A stretch of DNA of 64,000 bases from Tubulanus polymorphus (Eukaryota > Animalia > Nemertea): contig NC_134026.1 in assembly GCF_964204645.1 (NCBI RefSeq), positions 28,864,150 to 28,928,149 of the forward strand. Reading direction: 5' to 3'. The notes below the pieces were generated by a model. The model made no database searches and had not been told where the DNA came from. It saw only the letters and a list, made by a program, of their open reading frames with translations. A program made the position numbers and the translations under genes. Shown here piece after piece: positions 60,801 to 64,000 of the stretch. Position 1 is the stretch's first letter. Each line of letters starts with the position of its first letter.

Positions 60801-62412
60801 ACGATTATATTACGTACACATATCAACCAATGCAAAACCGATATCTATCAACAGAAAACCAACAATGGTTTCAATGTCGAAATGCGTAAAGATTCGATTC
60901 TATTTCTCATTGATTTAGCCTACTTTACTTACCTGCAAATTAAGTGAAATACTGATGAGAAGATTTCCACAAATCGACAGCAGAGATCCAACCAGTAAAT
61001 CCTATAAATAGTTTTTAAATTGAATTACATTTCAGTTACAATTTTTCCATAGTAAAAGTGACGTTTGAAAGCTTTTTCGGAGAATTTGTTGACAATAAAA
61101 GCTTTCAACTGATACAGGGTTCATAGTTCCTACGACCAATTTCAAATCGCAAGTACAGTAGACTCTGCTTGCCACAGCGCCCATAGCCTCGGGTGGCCAA
61201 TTCAAGGACAATGACAATGATTAAAGGAGCCCATTTTATGACATTCAACACCTTGAATTGACCCGGCCATATCCATTTGAGTCTTGTTGTCAGCATGGAG
61301 AATAAATCGAATGTTTATAGTTTGATGATGTTTCATCATCGTCAGTTATTTCTGGAAATGTCTCCTCATCTATCGGATAGTTCTGACGAAAAACATTCAT
61401 GTAGAGAATAAGAAGAAAATGTATGGATACGACAACTGCTCCACTGCTCTTATTTCCCTTTCATATAAAATAACTTGTAATTCTGTGATAATAAACAATT
61501 GAATCCATGTTAAAAAAAATAGGTCTGGTATATTAAGATGATAATACATAGGCATTAGACAAGAAAACATGAGAAAAAGCCTTCATAAAATGCTTTTTTA
61601 AAAGCCGGATGAACAGGCGGATTATCTGTCATAAACAGAGGACTGACAATCAGCCACATAACTCTAGTCTCCCTACTTCAGCGAACATATCAAATTAGTG
61701 TTGTCACTGAGAGAGCGCATCGACAAAGCCGTTAAAGGTCAAAGGAATAAGGAATGACATTAACAGAAAATCAGTGCTACTTAAATGGCAGTTATCATTG
61801 CGACGCAAAATTTAAACCCTATAAATGCTGTTTCAAACTAATGAATGAATGAATTTATTCTCTCTAATAACCCAATCATCAATAATGGTAATAAATAACA
61901 CTGGTAAAAAATAAGAATCATATAAACAACAGTTCAAATGTCTGACTCCACATCGTCATCCACCATCCAGTCAGTCATAACAGTTATCAGACTAAGTTTC
62001 ACGATCCAATGCATCCACCCTCGGCAAGAATTTGAACCTTAACTCAGCTGTGGCACAAATTTTTTGTCTCTACGTGCAACTGTCATGGACAGCGCTTCTT
62101 CTAGTTTGGACATGGTTCAATGTAGTCAGTAACCTGTCTGTGGTTTAGTTTCACGATCGGATATTTTCACAAACCACAGTCAGGAATGGGAAGGTCATTT
62201 TTGTATGAAATCTTCGTCAGCCAATTTGACTGACGAGTAATTTGCCTGGCATTTCATTGTCTCTTAAGATATCCGTCAAATTTTTGTTGTAATCGACACA
62301 CAACAGATTCGTAGTTTGTCTGATACCTATAACACCTCACCTGACGATCTTTATCCATGTGCAAATCGGCCGTAAAGTGAGAGTAAATTTCCGTAGAGTC
62401 AACAGCTGCCAT
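57836..62412 (-). CDS. NIPAL2: NIPA-like magnesium transporter (NIPAL2/NIPAL3 type)
   Basis: Exon 1 62412-62341 (MAAVD..KDRQ) splices in phase 0 to [63 protein letters not shown]. Later exons include LLICCLFG..ASFTVISAKA, YLNQAMKSFASTVVVPTHFVFFTISAIVAGIIFYREF, ending NDSTSSDE-stop. Confidence 0.88.
59813..60045. mobile_element. CAGGGTGGCCAC-ended MITE, probable 5-bp TSD
   Basis: TIRs (T)AGGGTGGCCAC / GTGGCCACCCTG; flanks ATGAG / CTGAG; internal ttcc(c)tgagttt repeats. Confidence 0.7.
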
Positions 62413-63463
62413 TTTGAAAATTACTGGAGGTGCTGGCACCTGTGGACTGAGGCCAGGACAACAGCACAAACTAACGAAGCGAAACGACGAAATTGAAAAA
62501 TATTAAGAAATCAACACTTATTCACATTTTTCTTTTACCAGAATTTATTATTTCATTATTTATAATGGAAAACACGAAGATTTGAAATATAGGTTGGAAA
62601 ACCATAAAAAATAAAAATTGTCGTTTCGTCTTGAAAGTTTTATCTAAATCCTTGTAGGTCCCCTTGTCTTATCATGCCACATGTGCAATACAGAGAAACG
62701 GCGGCCAATGGCGAAATTTGTAAGGAAATTAATTAATTTCTCAAAATAATGTTGATTAATCACTCGAAACATACATAGAATTGGATTATTTCGAAAGGTA
62801 CCCGTGTTAGTTTGTGAATTAAGCCATTAATTGTGGACTGAAGTGGATAGAAAGTATATTTTTGAAGTGTTACTTTTTTCAACCGTGTTTTGGTCCTTGT
62901 CATCCCTAACGTTGGTATAAGCCCATCCGATTATAAAAAGCTTACCACCAACGATTAGGTAACTAACTAGGTTCAATGGCCACAGACTCGACTTCCCATT
63001 AACATTTTACATTAGTTCAGACTGGTTAGTAATTTCTTATTAGTCAGTGGTATCAACCTGTCCGTGGTTTTAGTTTCATGATCAGATATTTTCACAAACC
63101 ACTAATAACTACTAATAAACCACTAATAACTAGTTACTAATTGTTGGTGTATGCGATTAAGTGTTTCTAAATGTACATTATCTCTTTTATTATTATTATT
63201 ATTAATTGAATTTTCCATGCACACTCTTTTTCTTTCTCTTCTAACAACACGGACGCGCACGCTCCAAAAAATACTCGTGAATGCGAGTGTGCTGGAGTAT
63301 TTAAATGAATGAATGAATGTTAAGCTTTTTATAATCGGATGGGCTTATACCAATGTGGTTTGTGTAAATATCCGATCGTGAAACTAAACCACAGTCAGGT
63401 TACTGACTGTTGGCATAAGCCCATCCGATTATAAAAAGCTTACCACCAACGATTAGGTAACTA
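62123..63463. repeat. Cluster of five fragments of the small MITE seen at 15511, in mixed orientations
   Basis: Fragments at about 62123-62178, 62910-62970, 63040-63101, 63321-63408 and 63409-63463. Confidence 0.8.
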
Positions 63464-64000
63464 GGCCTAACTATTATTACTGGTCTGAAGGGCCTACTAT
63501 TTTACTAATATTAATAACAGTATTAGACACAACGTTATCTCTACCTGTTGTCTGTGATATTCATCTGTCAGTACAGCTTGTGACATCTCTTTCTCTCTTT
63601 CTCGTGCGTGGGTCAAAAGTATCAGTGGTAGTGTACACTCAACCCACGGTAGCCCAAAAATTCTAAAAAATACGGAGCCGCTGTCAGTGTCATCAGGATC
63701 TCCAGCAAGCTCCGTGAAGTGCTGCCACCTGGATGAGAAAAAGTAAATCCGTCCGGATGCGGGCGGGACACGAGTAGATCATAAAAGCCGGCTGCAGGAT
63801 TCGGGTGTGAGGCTGTAAGAGTATAAAACGCGGGTGCTGGATTGAGATTTTCGCTTTAATTTGACGGAAGTGAACTATTAGCTGATTTAGAGGCCGCAGT
63901 GCTATTTTATTCTGAGCTATCAAACCATTTTATGGGTGCTAGTTCTTCGGCTAAAATGAATACAAATGGGGCAATAATCAGTCCAACTGCTCGTCATACA

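Noticed and set aside
61218-61382. Possible NIPAL alternative exon NYPIDEETFPEITDDD..SPC-TGA with two Cys-TGA pairs (selenoprotein idea)
   Set aside because: Exon 1 splices cleanly in phase to the DLLVG exon without it. I see no SECIS and no homology, so the Sec reading is unsupported.
63622-64000. GC-richer segment with a 76-aa ORF at the window end
   Set aside because: Stops interrupt the frames I read and no protein motif is recognisable. It may be the end of a DNA transposon (starts CAGTGG) but is truncated by the window.

Overview
AT-rich (roughly one third GC by eye), intron-dense eukaryotic genomic DNA with canonical GT-AG introns, many of them 60-120 bp. The gene content points to a compact bilaterian invertebrate genome, probably lophotrochozoan, but the species cannot be fixed from sequence. 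By manual exon stitching I find 12 protein-coding genes. Ten are recognisable: TAL1/SCL-like bHLH, CHCHD5, C5orf22/UPF0489, PHACTR, syntenin (SDCBP), ANKRD29, MFSD13A, RIDA, RTF2 and NIPAL2-like. Two are unusual and are broken up by the ORF track. The first (14188-4613, minus, 14 exons, about 2139 aa) is a type I membrane protein. Its order is: signal peptide, His1 LPMO-like (copper histidine-brace fold) domain with the second His apparently lost, two EGF domains, a DOMON domain with candidate heme Met/His ligands, a TM helix, and a ~1620-aa cytoplasmic tail. The tail has about 23 CSPCC/acidic/beta-hairpin/polybasic repeats, AHNAK-like PSP repeats and a PDZ ligand. This is the best candidate for an undescribed system. 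The second (45650-50435, plus, about 201 aa) is an acidic, probably lipid-anchored disordered protein built from frame-symmetric short exons. Also present: a tRNA-Asn copy lacking its anticodon arm, a young 220-bp PIF/Harbinger MITE family (5 copies, TWA TSDs), CAGGG-ended MITEs with apparent 5-bp TSDs, a 21-bp palindrome with a 7-bp TSD, and microsatellites. No prokaryotic features or CRISPR arrays. All exon models and family calls are by eye and need RNA-seq/HMM confirmation.
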